Position numbers and translations under genes: made by a program. DNA of 64,000 nucleotides from Thermodesulfobacteriota bacterium (GTDB lineage: Bacteria; Desulfobacterota_D; UBA1144; Nemesobacterales; Nemesobacteraceae). The stretch is taken from the NCBI GenBank assembly GCA_965202785.1, contig OZ241855.1, forward strand, positions 1,376,001-1,440,000, read 5' to 3'. Of this stretch, positions 44,090-54,352 are shown piece by piece. Under the pieces are notes generated by a model. That model was not told where the DNA came from and searched no databases. It saw only the letters and a list, made by a program, of their open reading frames with translations. Each line of letters opens with the position of its first letter. Position 1 is the first letter of the stretch.

Positions 44090-44638
44090 ATGTCAAGAAT
44101 AGGAACAAAACCAGTGGTTATTCCCGACGGGGTAACGGCGATGTCCAAACAGGGGACTATCGAAATCAAGGGGCCGAAGGGAAGCCTTAAGGTTACCGTA
44201 CCCGAAGGAATAAAAGCCGTACTTGAGAACGGAGCCGTGGTTGTTTCCAGGCAAAGCGAGGAGAAAAGGATAAAGTCTTTTCACGGTCTTACGCGAAGCC
44301 TTATTAACAATTCGGTAATAGGGGTGAGCGAAGGATTTACTAAGGTGCTCCGCATAACCGGTACGGGTTACAAGGCAGATCTCGTTGGGAAAGCGGGACT
44401 CAGGCTTTCACTCGGTTATTCACACCCGGTTGATTTTGCACTTCCACATGGCATAGAGGCAACTGTGGAAGAACGAGGCACTCTGCTCTCGGTTCATGGA
44501 ATTGACAAGCAGCTCGTGGGGGAGACTGCGGCACGCATAAGAAAGATAAGGCCACCCGATTCCTATAAGGGCAAGGGTGTTCGTTACGAAGGTGAGAAGT
44601 TGAAGCTTAAACCTGGAAAAGCTGGAGCGGCTAAGTAA
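44090..44638 (+). CDS. rplF: 50S ribosomal protein L6
   Basis: MSRIG, LGYSHPV, PDSYKGKGVRY. Confidence 0.97.
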   Translation: MSRIGTKPVVIPDGVTAMSKQGTIEIKGPKGSLKVTVPEGIKAVLENGAVVVSRQSEEKRIKSFHGLTRSLINNSVIGVSEGFTKVLRITGTGYKADLVGKAGLRLSLGYSHPVDFALPHGIEATVEERGTLLSVHGIDKQLVGETAARIRKIRPPDSYKGKGVRYEGEKLKLKPGKAGAAK

Positions 44639-45012
44639 TGGTAAAAAAGAAAAGCAGAAACCTGGCGCGTAAAAGAAGACATCTTGCTGTGAGGAAGAAG
44701 ATAAGCGGCACTGCGGAGATTCCCAGGGTTTCCGTTTTCCGTTCAGCAAGGCATATATACGCCCAGCTGATAGATGATACTGCAGAAGTCACCCTTCTTC
44801 AGGCCTCAACGATGTTTTCTGAGACGAAGAAGAGATTGTCTGCTGAGAGCATGAAGAAAACTGAGGTTGCCAAAGAGGTTGGAAAGCATCTCGGAGAAAT
44901 GGCTGTTCAGAAAGGTATAACCAAGGTGCGTTTCGACAGAGGGGGTTATGCCTACCATGGAAGGATAAAGTCGCTTGCCGACGGGATCCGCGAGGCGGGA
45001 GTGGAGTTTTAG
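44638..45012 (+). CDS. rplR: 50S ribosomal protein L18
   Basis: HIYAQLIDD, FDRGGYAYHGRI. Confidence 0.97.
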   Translation: MVKKKSRNLARKRRHLAVRKKISGTAEIPRVSVFRSARHIYAQLIDDTAEVTLLQASTMFSETKKRLSAESMKKTEVAKEVGKHLGEMAVQKGITKVRFDRGGYAYHGRIKSLADGIREAGVEF

Positions 45013-45032
45013 GAGAAAAATTAAAGGAGGCT

Positions 45033-45569
45033 TTGGTTTTGGCAGAGGAGAAAATAAATCCGGCGGAACTTGAGTTACAAGAAAAAGTGGTTCACATAAG
45101 GAGGGTCGCTAAGGTGACCAAGGGTGGGAAAAGGTTCCATTTCACCGTTCTTGCCGTGGTCGGAAACTCCGACGGAATTGTGGGGGCCGGACTGGGAAAA
45201 TCGAATGAGGTTCCTGATGCCGTAAGAAAGGCGGTTGAAAAAGCAAAGAAAACTCTAATAAGAGTGCCACGCAACGGCGCCACCATACCGCACGGAGTTC
45301 ACACGGAATATGTGTCAAGCAAGGTTATGCTCCTGCCTGCTGCCCCGGGTACGGGCGTTATAGCGGGTGGTGCGGTGCGCGCGGTGGTTGAACTTGCCGG
45401 CATACACGATGTTCTCTCCAAAGTTGTCGGATCAAGGAACCCGCTTAATGTTGTTATGGCGGTTATACAGGGGCTCTCGGAACTGCAGGTCCCCGAAGAA
45501 ATCGCGAAGACGAGGAACAAGGAGATAAAGGACCTCGATCTTCCTAATTACTATGGTGCGGTGCAGTAG
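45033..45569 (+). CDS. rpsE: 30S ribosomal protein S5
   Basis: RVAKVTKGGKRF, GTGVIAGG; TTG start after AAGGAGG. Confidence 0.97.
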   Translation: MVLAEEKINPAELELQEKVVHIRRVAKVTKGGKRFHFTVLAVVGNSDGIVGAGLGKSNEVPDAVRKAVEKAKKTLIRVPRNGATIPHGVHTEYVSSKVMLLPAAPGTGVIAGGAVRAVVELAGIHDVLSKVVGSRNPLNVVMAVIQGLSELQVPEEIAKTRNKEIKDLDLPNYYGAVQ

Positions 45570-45601
45570 GACGTGCGCTTAACAGTGGAGTGTAAAAGGA
45601 A

Positions 45602-46033
45602 ATGTTAAACGAACTTTCACCGGTTAAGGGATCTAAAACAAAAAGAAAAAGGGTAGGAAGAGGTGCGGGTTCCCAAGGGAAAACCAGCGGAAGAGGGCAC
45701 AAGGGCCAGGGCTCCCGTTCGGGGAAAGGGGTATCCAGATGGTTTGAAGGTGGTCAAACTCCACTGAAAATGAGAAGCCCGAAAAGGGGCTTTACAAACA
45801 TATTCAAAAAGCAGTACGACATAGTTAACTTGAAGGATCTTGAGCGTTTTGCGGATGCGGATTCGGTTACGATCCAGACGCTTGCCGAGGCGGGGATAGT
45901 AAGCGGCAAAAAACCCGTAAAACTCTTGGCTGCCGGCGAGATTGCTTCGGCGCTTTCCATAACGGTTAACGCCTGCAGTGAGGCGGCTGCGCGAAAGATA
46001 AACGACGCGGGAGGAAAAGTGGAGATAGTATGA
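45602..46033 (+). CDS. rplO: 50S ribosomal protein L15
   Basis: GRGHKGQGSR, FEGGQTPL. Confidence 0.97.
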   Translation: MLNELSPVKGSKTKRKRVGRGAGSQGKTSGRGHKGQGSRSGKGVSRWFEGGQTPLKMRSPKRGFTNIFKKQYDIVNLKDLERFADADSVTIQTLAEAGIVSGKKPVKLLAAGEIASALSITVNACSEAAARKINDAGGKVEIV

Positions 46034-47358
46034 GCAGTAATGTCGCGTCACTTCCCAGGATTCCGGAGCTTAACAGGAAGCTTCTTTTTACAGCCGCAAT
46101 GCTCATTGTTTACAGGGCAGGGGTTTTCGTCCCGATTCCGGGGATCGATCCGGACCAGATTGCCAAGATGTTCGAGCAGACCCGCGGCACGATATTCGAC
46201 ATACTTAACATGTTCTCCGGGGGAGCGCTTGAGCAGGCGTCGATTTTTGCCCTAGGGGTTATGCCCTACATTACTGCCTCAATCATCATGTCGCTTCTGG
46301 TAAAGGCATTTCCTTCACTTGAAGCAATGCAGAAAGAAGGCGAGGCCGGAAAGAGAAGAATAAATCAGTACACAAGGTACGGCACCGTTCTTATATGTCT
46401 CGTTCAGGGTTTTATGCTTGCGGTCACCCTTGAGCGCGGCGGAGTAGGAGCGGCCACTGTCGGAAGTGCCGTTACAGACCCCGGTCTGATGTTCAAGATT
46501 ACGGCAGTTCTCACACTCACCGCAGGCGGACTTTTTGTTATGTGGCTTGGAGAGCAGATAACAGAGAACGGAATCGGAAACGGGGTATCTCTCCTTATCG
46601 CCGCATCGATAATCGCCAGTATTCCCGGGGCGTTCTGGAACCTCTCAAGGCTCGTCGGCACGGGCGAGATTACCGTTTTGGGGGTTTTGCTTATTTTTAT
46701 TTTCCTAGGGTTTCTTATGGGCCTTATAGTTTACTTTGAGCGTTCCTACCGAAAAATACCGGTTCAGTACCCCAGAAGGGTCGTGGGGAGGAAGGTAATG
46801 GGAGGGCAGAGTTCCCATCTGCCTCTTAAAACCAATCCTTCAGGGGTCATTCCTCCGATCTTCGCTTCTTCGCTCCTTATTTTCCCCGCTACGATTGTTA
46901 CGTTTGCCGATTTTCCGGCTCTTCGCACATTCTCTGACCTTGTGTTTCAAAACGTGTTCGTATACAACCTGATCTTTGCCGTACTCATAATATTCTTCGC
47001 CTTCTTCTATACTTCAATAATATACGACCCGGACGATCTCTCGGATAACCTGAGGAAAAACGGCGGAAACATACCGGGAATAAGGCCGGGTAGAAAGACA
47101 TCGGAATACATAGGCAATGTGCTTGGAAAAATTACTTTTATAGGGGCTATATACGTGGCGGCGGTCTGCGTGTTGCCAGCTTTTCTTGAGAGAGAACCTT
47201 TTAATCTGCCGTTTTACTTCGGAGGCGTGTCACTTCTTATAGTAATAGGAGTAACGCTTGATTTCATGCAGCAGATCGAATCTTTTCTGATAACTCACAG
47301 TTATGAAGGGTTTATGAAGAAGAGGGGAATGAAAGAACCGCAGAGATACAGATTCTGA
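46030..47358 (+). CDS. secY: Preprotein translocase SecY
   Basis: SIFALGVMPYITASII, WLGEQITENGIGNG, IPGIRPG. Confidence 0.98.
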   Translation: MSSNVASLPRIPELNRKLLFTAAMLIVYRAGVFVPIPGIDPDQIAKMFEQTRGTIFDILNMFSGGALEQASIFALGVMPYITASIIMSLLVKAFPSLEAMQKEGEAGKRRINQYTRYGTVLICLVQGFMLAVTLERGGVGAATVGSAVTDPGLMFKITAVLTLTAGGLFVMWLGEQITENGIGNGVSLLIAASIIASIPGAFWNLSRLVGTGEITVLGVLLIFIFLGFLMGLIVYFERSYRKIPVQYPRRVVGRKVMGGQSSHLPLKTNPSGVIPPIFASSLLIFPATIVTFADFPALRTFSDLVFQNVFVYNLIFAVLIIFFAFFYTSIIYDPDDLSDNLRKNGGNIPGIRPGRKTSEYIGNVLGKITFIGAIYVAAVCVLPAFLEREPFNLPFYFGGVSLLIVIGVTLDFMQQIESFLITHSYEGFMKKRGMKEPQRYRF

Positions 47359-47383
47359 CGCAAGGGAGAACGCCAAAAGGGTT

Positions 47384-47950
47384 ATGAGATTGATACTGTT
47401 TGGACCGCCTGGTGCCGGAAAGGGGACGCAGGCTGATTTCATAAGGGAGAAATACGAGGTTGAGCATATATCGACTGGGGATGTGCTGCGTGAAGCCATG
47501 AAAAATGAGACTGAGGTCGGGCTTTACGCTAAATCGTTTATGGACAAGGGAGAGCTCGTACCTGATGAAGTCGTGACGGAAATAATAAGACAGAAAATTT
47601 CTGGGATTGGCGAGGGAGGCTTTATGCTTGACGGTTTTCCTAGAACTCTGGAGCAGGCAAGATCTCTTAACGGCATTCTCGCTGATGCTGGAATCGGTAT
47701 TGACGCAGTTATTTTTCTCGAGGTTCCCGACGAGGAGGTTGTGCAGCGAATAACCAAACGCCAAGAAATAGAAGGCAGGCGGGACGACACGGAGAGTGTG
47801 ATAAGGAACAGGCTTAGAGTTTACAAGGATCAGACGTCTCCTCTTAAGGATTTTTACGAAAAGACGGGTGTTCTGCGCGCAGTTGAAGGAGTAGGACAGG
47901 TATCGGATATCGCTGAGAGAATAGACGGTGTGCTGAAACGGTTGCAGTAA
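47384..47950 (+). CDS. adk: Adenylate kinase, short-LID form
   Basis: GPPGAGKGTQA, LDGFPRT; 188 aa with no zinc LID. Confidence 0.96.
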   Translation: MRLILFGPPGAGKGTQADFIREKYEVEHISTGDVLREAMKNETEVGLYAKSFMDKGELVPDEVVTEIIRQKISGIGEGGFMLDGFPRTLEQARSLNGILADAGIGIDAVIFLEVPDEEVVQRITKRQEIEGRRDDTESVIRNRLRVYKDQTSPLKDFYEKTGVLRAVEGVGQVSDIAERIDGVLKRLQ

Positions 47951-48714
47951 TGATTCGCTTGAAGAACAGAGAAGAACTCAAACGCATGAGGGCTGCCGGC
48001 AAGGTGGTTTCCGAAGTGCTTATGAGGCTTGAGGAAGAGGCAAAGGAAGGAGTGACCACCTGGGAGCTTAACGAGATTGCGGAAAGAATATGCGCAACGG
48101 GAGGCTTTAAGCCTGCTTTTAAGGGTTACGCAAATTATCCAGCGTCGGTGTGCTTTGCCCTTAACGAAGAGATAGTCCACGGTATTCCCTCGAAGAAAAA
48201 GGTGCTTAAGGACGGGGACATAGTAGGAATAGATTTCGGAGTACTGCTAGACGGTTATTACGCCGACTCGGCAATAACGGTTGCGGTCGGTAAAATCCGG
48301 CCTGTTGCCGAGAGACTGCTCCGGGTTACCAGGGATTCCCTCTATAGGGGCATAGACATGGTGAAAAGTTCAAACAGAGTTCTGGATATATCAAAAGAGA
48401 TACAGACCTATGTTGAAAATGAGGGTTTTTCTATAGTAAGAGATTTTGTCGGTCACGGAATAGGCAGGGAACTTCATGAGGAACCGCAAGTGCCGAATTT
48501 TATTCCTCCGAATGGTAAGGGAGGAGGAATAAGGCTTCGTTCTGGAATGGTTATGGCCATAGAACCCATGGTGAACGAGGGGTCAGAGAAAACGAAGATA
48601 CTCGAAGACGGGTGGACGGCGGTTACTTATGATGGTAAACTTTCCGCTCATTTTGAGCATACTGTGGCTCTTACGGATAATGGTCCTGAAATTCTTACCG
48701 AAAGAATTCACTAG
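47950..48714 (+). CDS. map: Methionine aminopeptidase type I
   Basis: VHGIP, GHGIG, HEEP, AIEPM, SAHFEHT. Confidence 0.97.
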   Translation: MIRLKNREELKRMRAAGKVVSEVLMRLEEEAKEGVTTWELNEIAERICATGGFKPAFKGYANYPASVCFALNEEIVHGIPSKKKVLKDGDIVGIDFGVLLDGYYADSAITVAVGKIRPVAERLLRVTRDSLYRGIDMVKSSNRVLDISKEIQTYVENEGFSIVRDFVGHGIGRELHEEPQVPNFIPPNGKGGGIRLRSGMVMAIEPMVNEGSEKTKILEDGWTAVTYDGKLSAHFEHTVALTDNGPEILTERIH

Positions 48715-48723
48715 GAACGGGTG

Positions 48724-48945
48724 ATGGAGAAGGAAGAAAAAATAGAGTTTGAAGGAACTATAACGAAAGCTCTGCCCAATGCGATGTTCATGGTCGAGAT
48801 AGAGAACAATCACGAGGTGCTGGCTTATGTGTCCGGCAAGATGAGAACAAGGTTTATAAGGATACTTCCCGGAGACAGGGTAAAGCTTGAGATATCTCCC
48901 TACGATCTTACAAAGGGAAGAATCACCTACAGACTCAAGAAGTGA
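48724..48945 (+). CDS. infA: Translation initiation factor IF-1
   Basis: [24 protein letters not shown]. Confidence 0.97.
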   Translation: MEKEEKIEFEGTITKALPNAMFMVEIENNHEVLAYVSGKMRTRFIRILPGDRVKLEISPYDLTKGRITYRLKK

Positions 48946-48964
48946 AGACAGGGGCGAAAGCGAA

Positions 48965-49078
48965 GTGAAAACGAGGGCATCGGTAAAAAAAATATGCGAC
49001 AAGTGCAAGATCATCAGGCGCAAGGGAGTCGTGCGGGTGATCTGTGTTAACAAAAGGCACAAGCAGAGACAAGGATAG
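48965..49078 (+). CDS. rpmJ: 50S ribosomal protein L36 (zinc-binding)
   Basis: GTG start, then [36 protein letters not shown]. Confidence 0.96.
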   Translation: MKTRASVKKICDKCKIIRRKGVVRVICVNKRHKQRQG

Positions 49079-49099
49079 CGCTCAGGAGGATATGCCTTA

Positions 49100-49480
49100 A
49101 TGCCTAGAATAGCAGGTGTTGATATACCGCTTAATAAAAGAGTAGAGGTAGGTCTTACGTATATCTACGGTATAGGTAGGGCGACTTCAAACGTTATACT
49201 CGATAAGGCCGGTATAGATGTAAACAAAAAGTCAGGGGATCTTGACGATCAGGAAGTAACAAAACTGCGGACGATAATTGAAGGCGAGTACACCGTTGAG
49301 GGAGATCTGAGAAAGGAGGTTCAACTCAACATAAAGCGCCTAGTAGAGATAGGTTGCTACAGGGGTATTAGGCACAGGACGGGACTTCCGGTAAGGGGAC
49401 AGAAAACCAAGTCGAACGCAAGAACGAGAAAGGGTCGCAGGGGTACAGCGATAGCGAAGAAGAAAAAAGCTGGCAAATAA
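49100..49480 (+). CDS. rpsM: 30S ribosomal protein S13
   Basis: [20 protein letters not shown]. Confidence 0.98.
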   Translation: MPRIAGVDIPLNKRVEVGLTYIYGIGRATSNVILDKAGIDVNKKSGDLDDQEVTKLRTIIEGEYTVEGDLRKEVQLNIKRLVEIGCYRGIRHRTGLPVRGQKTKSNARTRKGRRGTAIAKKKKAGK

Positions 49481-49492
49481 GGGTTTTTCCAA

Positions 49493-49876
49493 ATGAGCAG
49501 AAAATTCACAAAGAAGAAAACAAAGAAATTCGTCGAACATGGAGTGGTCAACATACAGGCTACTTTTAACAACACTATAGTCACGATCAGCGATATGAAT
49601 GGAAACGTCATAGCTTGGTCAAGCGGCGGCAACAGGGGGTTTAAGGGCACTAGGAAGGGGACGCCGTTTGCGGCCCAAGTGGCGGCGGATGACGCATCGA
49701 AAAAGGCAAAGACCTTCGGGCTGAAGTCAGCTAATGTTTACGTGAGCGGTCCCGGTCCCGGAAGGGAGCCTGCCATAAGAGCCGTTCAGGCTGCCGGGGT
49801 GAAAGTGCTGATGATAAAGGATGTCACCCCGATTCCCCATAATGGTTGCAGACCACCTGGAAGAAGAAGGGTGTAG
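49493..49876 (+). CDS. rpsK: 30S ribosomal protein S11
   Basis: [19 protein letters not shown]. Confidence 0.98.
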   Translation: MSRKFTKKKTKKFVEHGVVNIQATFNNTIVTISDMNGNVIAWSSGGNRGFKGTRKGTPFAAQVAADDASKKAKTFGLKSANVYVSGPGPGREPAIRAVQAAGVKVLMIKDVTPIPHNGCRPPGRRRV

Positions 49877-49927
49877 GCATTGTGGGAGAGATTATGTTCA
49901 CGTTGTTTTCAAGGAGGAAGAAGGTAA

Positions 49928-50566
49928 TTGGCTAGATATAGAGGACCATCTTGTAAGCTTTGCAGGAGAGAGGGCGAACAGCTTTTTCTTAAGGGCGCTA
50001 GGTGTTATACGTCAAAATGTGCCATACAGAAAAGGCCTAATCGCGGACCTGGAGTTCACGGGGCCTCGATTGGCCGTTCCAAGTTCTCCGACTACGGAAT
50101 AAGGTTGAGGGAAAAACAAAAGGTTAAGCGTATTTACGGGTTGACCGAAAAGCAGTTCAGCCGTTATTTTGCCGAGGCCGCGAGGAGAAGCGGAGTGACT
50201 GGCGCAATGCTCATACTGCTTCTTGAGAGAAGGCTTGACAATGTGGTCTACCGGCTCGGGTTTGCCAGTTCTCGCAACGAAGCCAGACACTTAGTCTGGC
50301 TTGGACATGTTCTCGTGGACGGCAGGAGAGTCAATATTCCTTCTTTCAGCGTTGAGCAGGGAAACAAAATAGAAATCAAGACAAAAACCAGAAGTAACCC
50401 GCACGTTAACCAGTCTCTTGAAGGTCTTGAGAGAAGGGGTTTTCCCCAGTGGCTTGAGCTTGACAGGGACAATTACAGCGGAATTGTAACCAAGCTTCCC
50501 GAGAGAGAGGACGTCACGGTTCCTATAGATGAACAGTTGATCGTTGAGTTTTACTCAAGGGTCTAG
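49928..50566 (+). CDS. rpsD: 30S ribosomal protein S4 (Cys4 zinc type)
   Basis: CKLCRREG..KGARCYTSKC, LERRLDNVVYRLG. Confidence 0.98.
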   Translation: MARYRGPSCKLCRREGEQLFLKGARCYTSKCAIQKRPNRGPGVHGASIGRSKFSDYGIRLREKQKVKRIYGLTEKQFSRYFAEAARRSGVTGAMLILLLERRLDNVVYRLGFASSRNEARHLVWLGHVLVDGRRVNIPSFSVEQGNKIEIKTKTRSNPHVNQSLEGLERRGFPQWLELDRDNYSGIVTKLPEREDVTVPIDEQLIVEFYSRV

Positions 50567-50587
50567 AAAAGCCTGGCACACACGGAG

Positions 50588-51622
50588 GTGCGAAACTTGG
50601 AGAATTTTCAGAAAAACTGGAGAGATTTGCAATATCCCAAAGCGCTTGAAAAAGACGAGCAGGTATCAACTCCTTTCTACGGCAAATTTATCTGCGAACC
50701 TCTCGAACCGGGTTACGGTATTACTCTTGGTAACGCGCTTAGAAGGGTTCTTCTGTCCTCGATACAAGGTCCTGCTATTACCGCTGTCAAGATAGACAAG
50801 GTACGGCACGAATTTTCTACCATACCGGGAGTTATGGAAGATGTTACAGAGATCATACTGAACCTTAAAAACGTGGATCTCAAAATGCATACTTACGACC
50901 CCCAGGCAGTAGTTCTGAAAGCGGATGGCCCGGCAGAAGTCAAGGCGTCCGACATAGAAACGACTCACATGGTGGAAGTGGTTAACGGCGAACAGCATAT
51001 AGCGACCTTGGGAGATGACGCGAAGCTTGAAATGGAACTAACAGTGAAGATGGGGAGTGGTTACGAGCCGGTATCGAGAAGAGAGACTGAGAAGTCGATA
51101 GGCCTGATACATGTTGACGCGTTTTTCTCTCCCGTCAAAAAAGTTAATTACGCGGTTACCAACGCCAGAGTAGGGCAGAGAACCGATTATCAGAAACTGA
51201 CCGTTGAAATATGGACAAACGGTACGATTCTTCCCGAAGAAGCGCTTGCTTACAGTGCAAAAATTATTAAGCAGCAGCTAAATGTCTTCATCGATTTTGA
51301 TGAGGAACTCGCGGACAAGGTGGAAGAGGAAGAGTCCATGGGTATAAGTGGGACCGACGACAAGCTTTTTATTCCTATAGAGGATGTGGAACTTTCGGTG
51401 AGATCTATAAACTGTCTTAAAAAGGCGGAAATAAAATACATCGGAGAAGTGGTCCAGAAGACGGAACAACAGCTTCTTGATCTTGAGAATTTCGGAAAAA
51501 CTTCCCTTGAAGAGGTAACAGCCAGACTTAACGAAATGGGTCTGAGTCTTGGGATGACTATAGATACCGAGGTCTTTGAAGACGAAAAGGAGAGGCGGGA
51601 TTCTGAGATTTCCGGAGAGTGA
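50588..51622 (+). CDS. rpoA: RNA polymerase alpha subunit
   Basis: GYGITLGNALRRVLLS, FSPVKKVNY, LSVRSINCL. Confidence 0.98.
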   Translation: MRNLENFQKNWRDLQYPKALEKDEQVSTPFYGKFICEPLEPGYGITLGNALRRVLLSSIQGPAITAVKIDKVRHEFSTIPGVMEDVTEIILNLKNVDLKMHTYDPQAVVLKADGPAEVKASDIETTHMVEVVNGEQHIATLGDDAKLEMELTVKMGSGYEPVSRRETEKSIGLIHVDAFFSPVKKVNYAVTNARVGQRTDYQKLTVEIWTNGTILPEEALAYSAKIIKQQLNVFIDFDEELADKVEEEESMGISGTDDKLFIPIEDVELSVRSINCLKKAEIKYIGEVVQKTEQQLLDLENFGKTSLEEVTARLNEMGLSLGMTIDTEVFEDEKERRDSEISGE

Positions 51623-51652
51623 TCGGGGTTCGGGTCCGTATACGGTGGAAAG

Positions 51653-52348
51653 ATGAGACACAGAAAATCGGGAAGAAAGCTCGGGGTTACTACAAAACAC
51701 AGAAAAGCCATGTTTCGCAACATGGCTACAGACCTTTTGCGTAACGGCAAGATAAATACAACGGACACGAAGGCCAAAGAGATAAGAAGGGTTGTAGAGA
51801 AGCTCGTAACATTAGGCAAAAACGGAAGTCTTCACGCGAGAAGAAAGGCTCTGGGATATATAAGGGATCGTGCAGTTGTGGAAAAACTTTTCTCCGAACT
51901 TGCCCAGAGGTATATGGAGCGCCCCGGTGGCTATACGAGGATTGTGAAGCTTGGTTACAGAAGAGGGGATAATGCCCCCATTTCCCTTATTGAGCTTGTA
52001 ACCGAAGAGTACAAGGCCAAAAGAAAAAGGCGGAAGGCAAAACCCAAGACTGAAACCAAGAGTACGCCGAAGAAAAGTTCGAAGAAGAAATCCGCAGAAG
52101 AACTTGGTCTGGTCGAGCAAGAGGAGACTGCCGAGGGCCGGGTGGACGAACAGGGCGAGGCCGAGGTGACCGAGGTCAAGTCTACGAAGAAAAGTTCGAA
52201 GAAGAAATCTGCGAAAAAGGCTGATCCGGTTGAGCTGGAGGAAAACGCCGAAAGCCGGGTGGACGAACAGGGTGAACCCGAAAAGACAGAAGCGGACTCC
52301 CAGGAACCCAAAGAGCAGGGCAGCTCTGACGAAAAGACTAAGGATTAA
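51653..52348 (+). CDS. rplQ: 50S ribosomal protein L17 with a charged C-terminal extension of about 110 aa
   Basis: [26 protein letters not shown], then a Lys/Glu-rich repeated tail. Confidence 0.96.
   Translation: MRHRKSGRKLGVTTKHRKAMFRNMATDLLRNGKINTTDTKAKEIRRVVEKLVTLGKNGSLHARRKALGYIRDRAVVEKLFSELAQRYMERPGGYTRIVKLGYRRGDNAPISLIELVTEEYKAKRKRRKAKPKTETKSTPKKSSKKKSAEELGLVEQEETAEGRVDEQGEAEVTEVKSTKKSSKKKSAKKADPVELEENAESRVDEQGEPEKTEADSQEPKEQGSSDEKTKD
52068..52272 (+). repeat. Imperfect 117-nt tandem repeat in the rplQ tail
   Basis: cgaagaaaagttcgaagaagaaatc at 52068 and 52185; gccgggtggacgaacaggg repeated at the same offset. Confidence 0.85.
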
Positions 52349-52417
52349 GTCCTTCTTTTTTCCCCACGCATACCTAGCGGGTTTTTTCCCTCTTCCCTAT
52401 TATTTATAATAGACCTG

Positions 52418-53431
52418 ATGAAAAGAGTCGGGTTTATACTTGATGCGAGATCAATTGAAGAACTCAAGGACCTCGCTGTTGCTGCTGAGAAAGCGAATTT
52501 TCACTCCGTCTGGGCCACAGAACTTTACAGGACCCCTTTTCAGCAGCTCTCTGCAATTGCTCCAGTCACCTCTGAAATAAAACTCGGCACCGCAGTTGCT
52601 CTTGCCTTTGTAAGAAGCCCGCTGGTTACTTCCATTACTTCTCTTGATCTTGACGAAATAAGTTCAGGAAGGTTGATATTGGGTCTTGGTACCGGAGCAA
52701 AGAGAACAAACGAGGATTTCCACGGTATTCTCTATGGAGACAGGCCGGTTACGAGGATAAGGGAATGCGTTGGGCTAATAAGGGAGATTCTGTCCGGGGC
52801 TCATACAGGCAATGATATTGTTTTCGAAGGGCAGTTTTACCGCGTAAACACAAGGGGTTACAAAAGGGCTTTTGAACCTGTCAGACAAAATATACCTATA
52901 TTCGTGGCTGGTATAGGAAGCAACATGGTTGGTGCTGCTGCCGAGATCGCGGACGGTTACATAGGACATGTAGTCTGTTCGCTTGAATATATAAAAAAAG
53001 TAGTTTCACCTTCACTTGAAGAAAGACTTGAGAAACGTAGAAAAAACGGAGATTTCACGAAATGCTCAATTATTACCTGTGCCGTTTCGCATGACTGGGA
53101 AAGGGCGAGAGAAGCCGCTCGGGCGACCATAGCCTTTTACGCTACGGTAAAAGCCTATGATCCTCCTTTCAGGCTTCACGGCTTTGTGGATGAGGTAAAA
53201 GGGATAAGGGATGCTTTTCGTAGAAAAGATATCCGTGCGATGATAAAAAGTGTCAGTGATGAAATGGTTGATGCGTTTGCCGTTGTGGGGGATGAGGAAC
53301 ATTGCAGGGAGAGAGTGGAGGAGTACAGGAAATATATAGACCTTCCTGTGCTCAGCGCCCCTCATTATTTTCTTGATTTCAGGGAGGTAAGGGAGTACCA
53401 AGAGCGACTGATCGAAGCCTTTGCCTCGTGA
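52418..53431 (+). CDS. Luciferase-like (LLM) flavin- or F420-dependent oxidoreductase
   Basis: TSEIKLGTAVALAFVRSP, LDEISSGRLILGLGTG, AAEIADG. Confidence 0.88.
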   Translation: MKRVGFILDARSIEELKDLAVAAEKANFHSVWATELYRTPFQQLSAIAPVTSEIKLGTAVALAFVRSPLVTSITSLDLDEISSGRLILGLGTGAKRTNEDFHGILYGDRPVTRIRECVGLIREILSGAHTGNDIVFEGQFYRVNTRGYKRAFEPVRQNIPIFVAGIGSNMVGAAAEIADGYIGHVVCSLEYIKKVVSPSLEERLEKRRKNGDFTKCSIITCAVSHDWERAREAARATIAFYATVKAYDPPFRLHGFVDEVKGIRDAFRRKDIRAMIKSVSDEMVDAFAVVGDEEHCRERVEEYRKYIDLPVLSAPHYFLDFREVREYQERLIEAFAS

Positions 53432-53454
53432 GTTCAGGTTTCTCAGCTAGAAAA

Positions 53455-54351
53455 ATGAAAATACTTGTTTCAGGATCGACCGGAACCTTGGGAACCCATC
53501 TTCTTAATTCCATTCCCTCGGATTCCTATGAGATATGGCGTCTTGTAAGATCGCAGATCGAAGGAGAGAATCTGATTTTCTGGGACCCGGAGGGGGGCCA
53601 TGTCGACGATCCATCTTTACTTGAAGGCTTTGACGCCGCTATTCATCTCTCAGGGGAGAATATAGTCTGCAGATGGACTGAAAACAAAAAGAATTCGATA
53701 CGGCGGAGCAGGGTGCACAGTACCCGCTACCTGGTGAATCTTTTCTCTGGACTTCAACATCCTCCCAAAACCTTTATCTGTGCTTCGGCAATCGGTTACT
53801 ATGGGGACAGGGAGGAAGAAAGACTTACTGAGCGCTCCGTGGCTGGCTCTGGGTTTCTTCCCGATGTTTGCTGCGAGTGGGAGAATGAGGCCAACAGGGC
53901 CTCGGACCTTGGCGTAAGGGTCATAAACCTGCGCACAGGAGTTGTACTGAGCCCCGAAGGAGGCATACTGAATTCTTTGCTGCCTCTTTTTAAAATGGGT
54001 CTTGGGGGAGTTATTGGAAGTGGTGGTCAGTACCTAAGCTGGATATCGATAGAAGACCTTTCGCGGATAATTATTTATCTGCTGAAGCATGGAGAAATAA
54101 ACGGGCCCGTTAACGCGGTATCCCCAAATCCGGTGACTAACAGGCAGTTTACCGCCACGCTTGCGTCAGTTCTACAAAGACCTGCATGGTTTTCAATCCC
54201 CGCATTTGCCGTAAGGCTTTTCTTTGGAGAGATGGGTCGCTCCACGATGCTTGCCGGCAGCATGGTTTTCCCTGAGAAGCTCCTTTCCTCAGGTTACGAA
54301 TTCTTGCACGAAGACCTGGGTTGCGCACTTGAGAATGTTATTCTGAGATAA
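53455..54351 (+). CDS. TIGR01777/YfcH-family NAD-dependent epimerase-like protein
   Basis: GSTGTLG, HLSGENI..RWT, ASAIGYYG, LRTGVVL, GPVNAVSP. Confidence 0.88.
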   Translation: MKILVSGSTGTLGTHLLNSIPSDSYEIWRLVRSQIEGENLIFWDPEGGHVDDPSLLEGFDAAIHLSGENIVCRWTENKKNSIRRSRVHSTRYLVNLFSGLQHPPKTFICASAIGYYGDREEERLTERSVAGSGFLPDVCCEWENEANRASDLGVRVINLRTGVVLSPEGGILNSLLPLFKMGLGGVIGSGGQYLSWISIEDLSRIIIYLLKHGEINGPVNAVSPNPVTNRQFTATLASVLQRPAWFSIPAFAVRLFFGEMGRSTMLAGSMVFPEKLLSSGYEFLHEDLGCALENVILR

Positions 54352-54352
54352 A

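Noticed and set aside
47384-47950. Possible truncation of adk (missing LID domain)
   Set aside because: Short-LID adenylate kinases are a well-known functional class
52349-52390. Intrinsic terminator after rplQ
   Set aside because: Only a weak, bulged stem precedes the T run, so I did not call it
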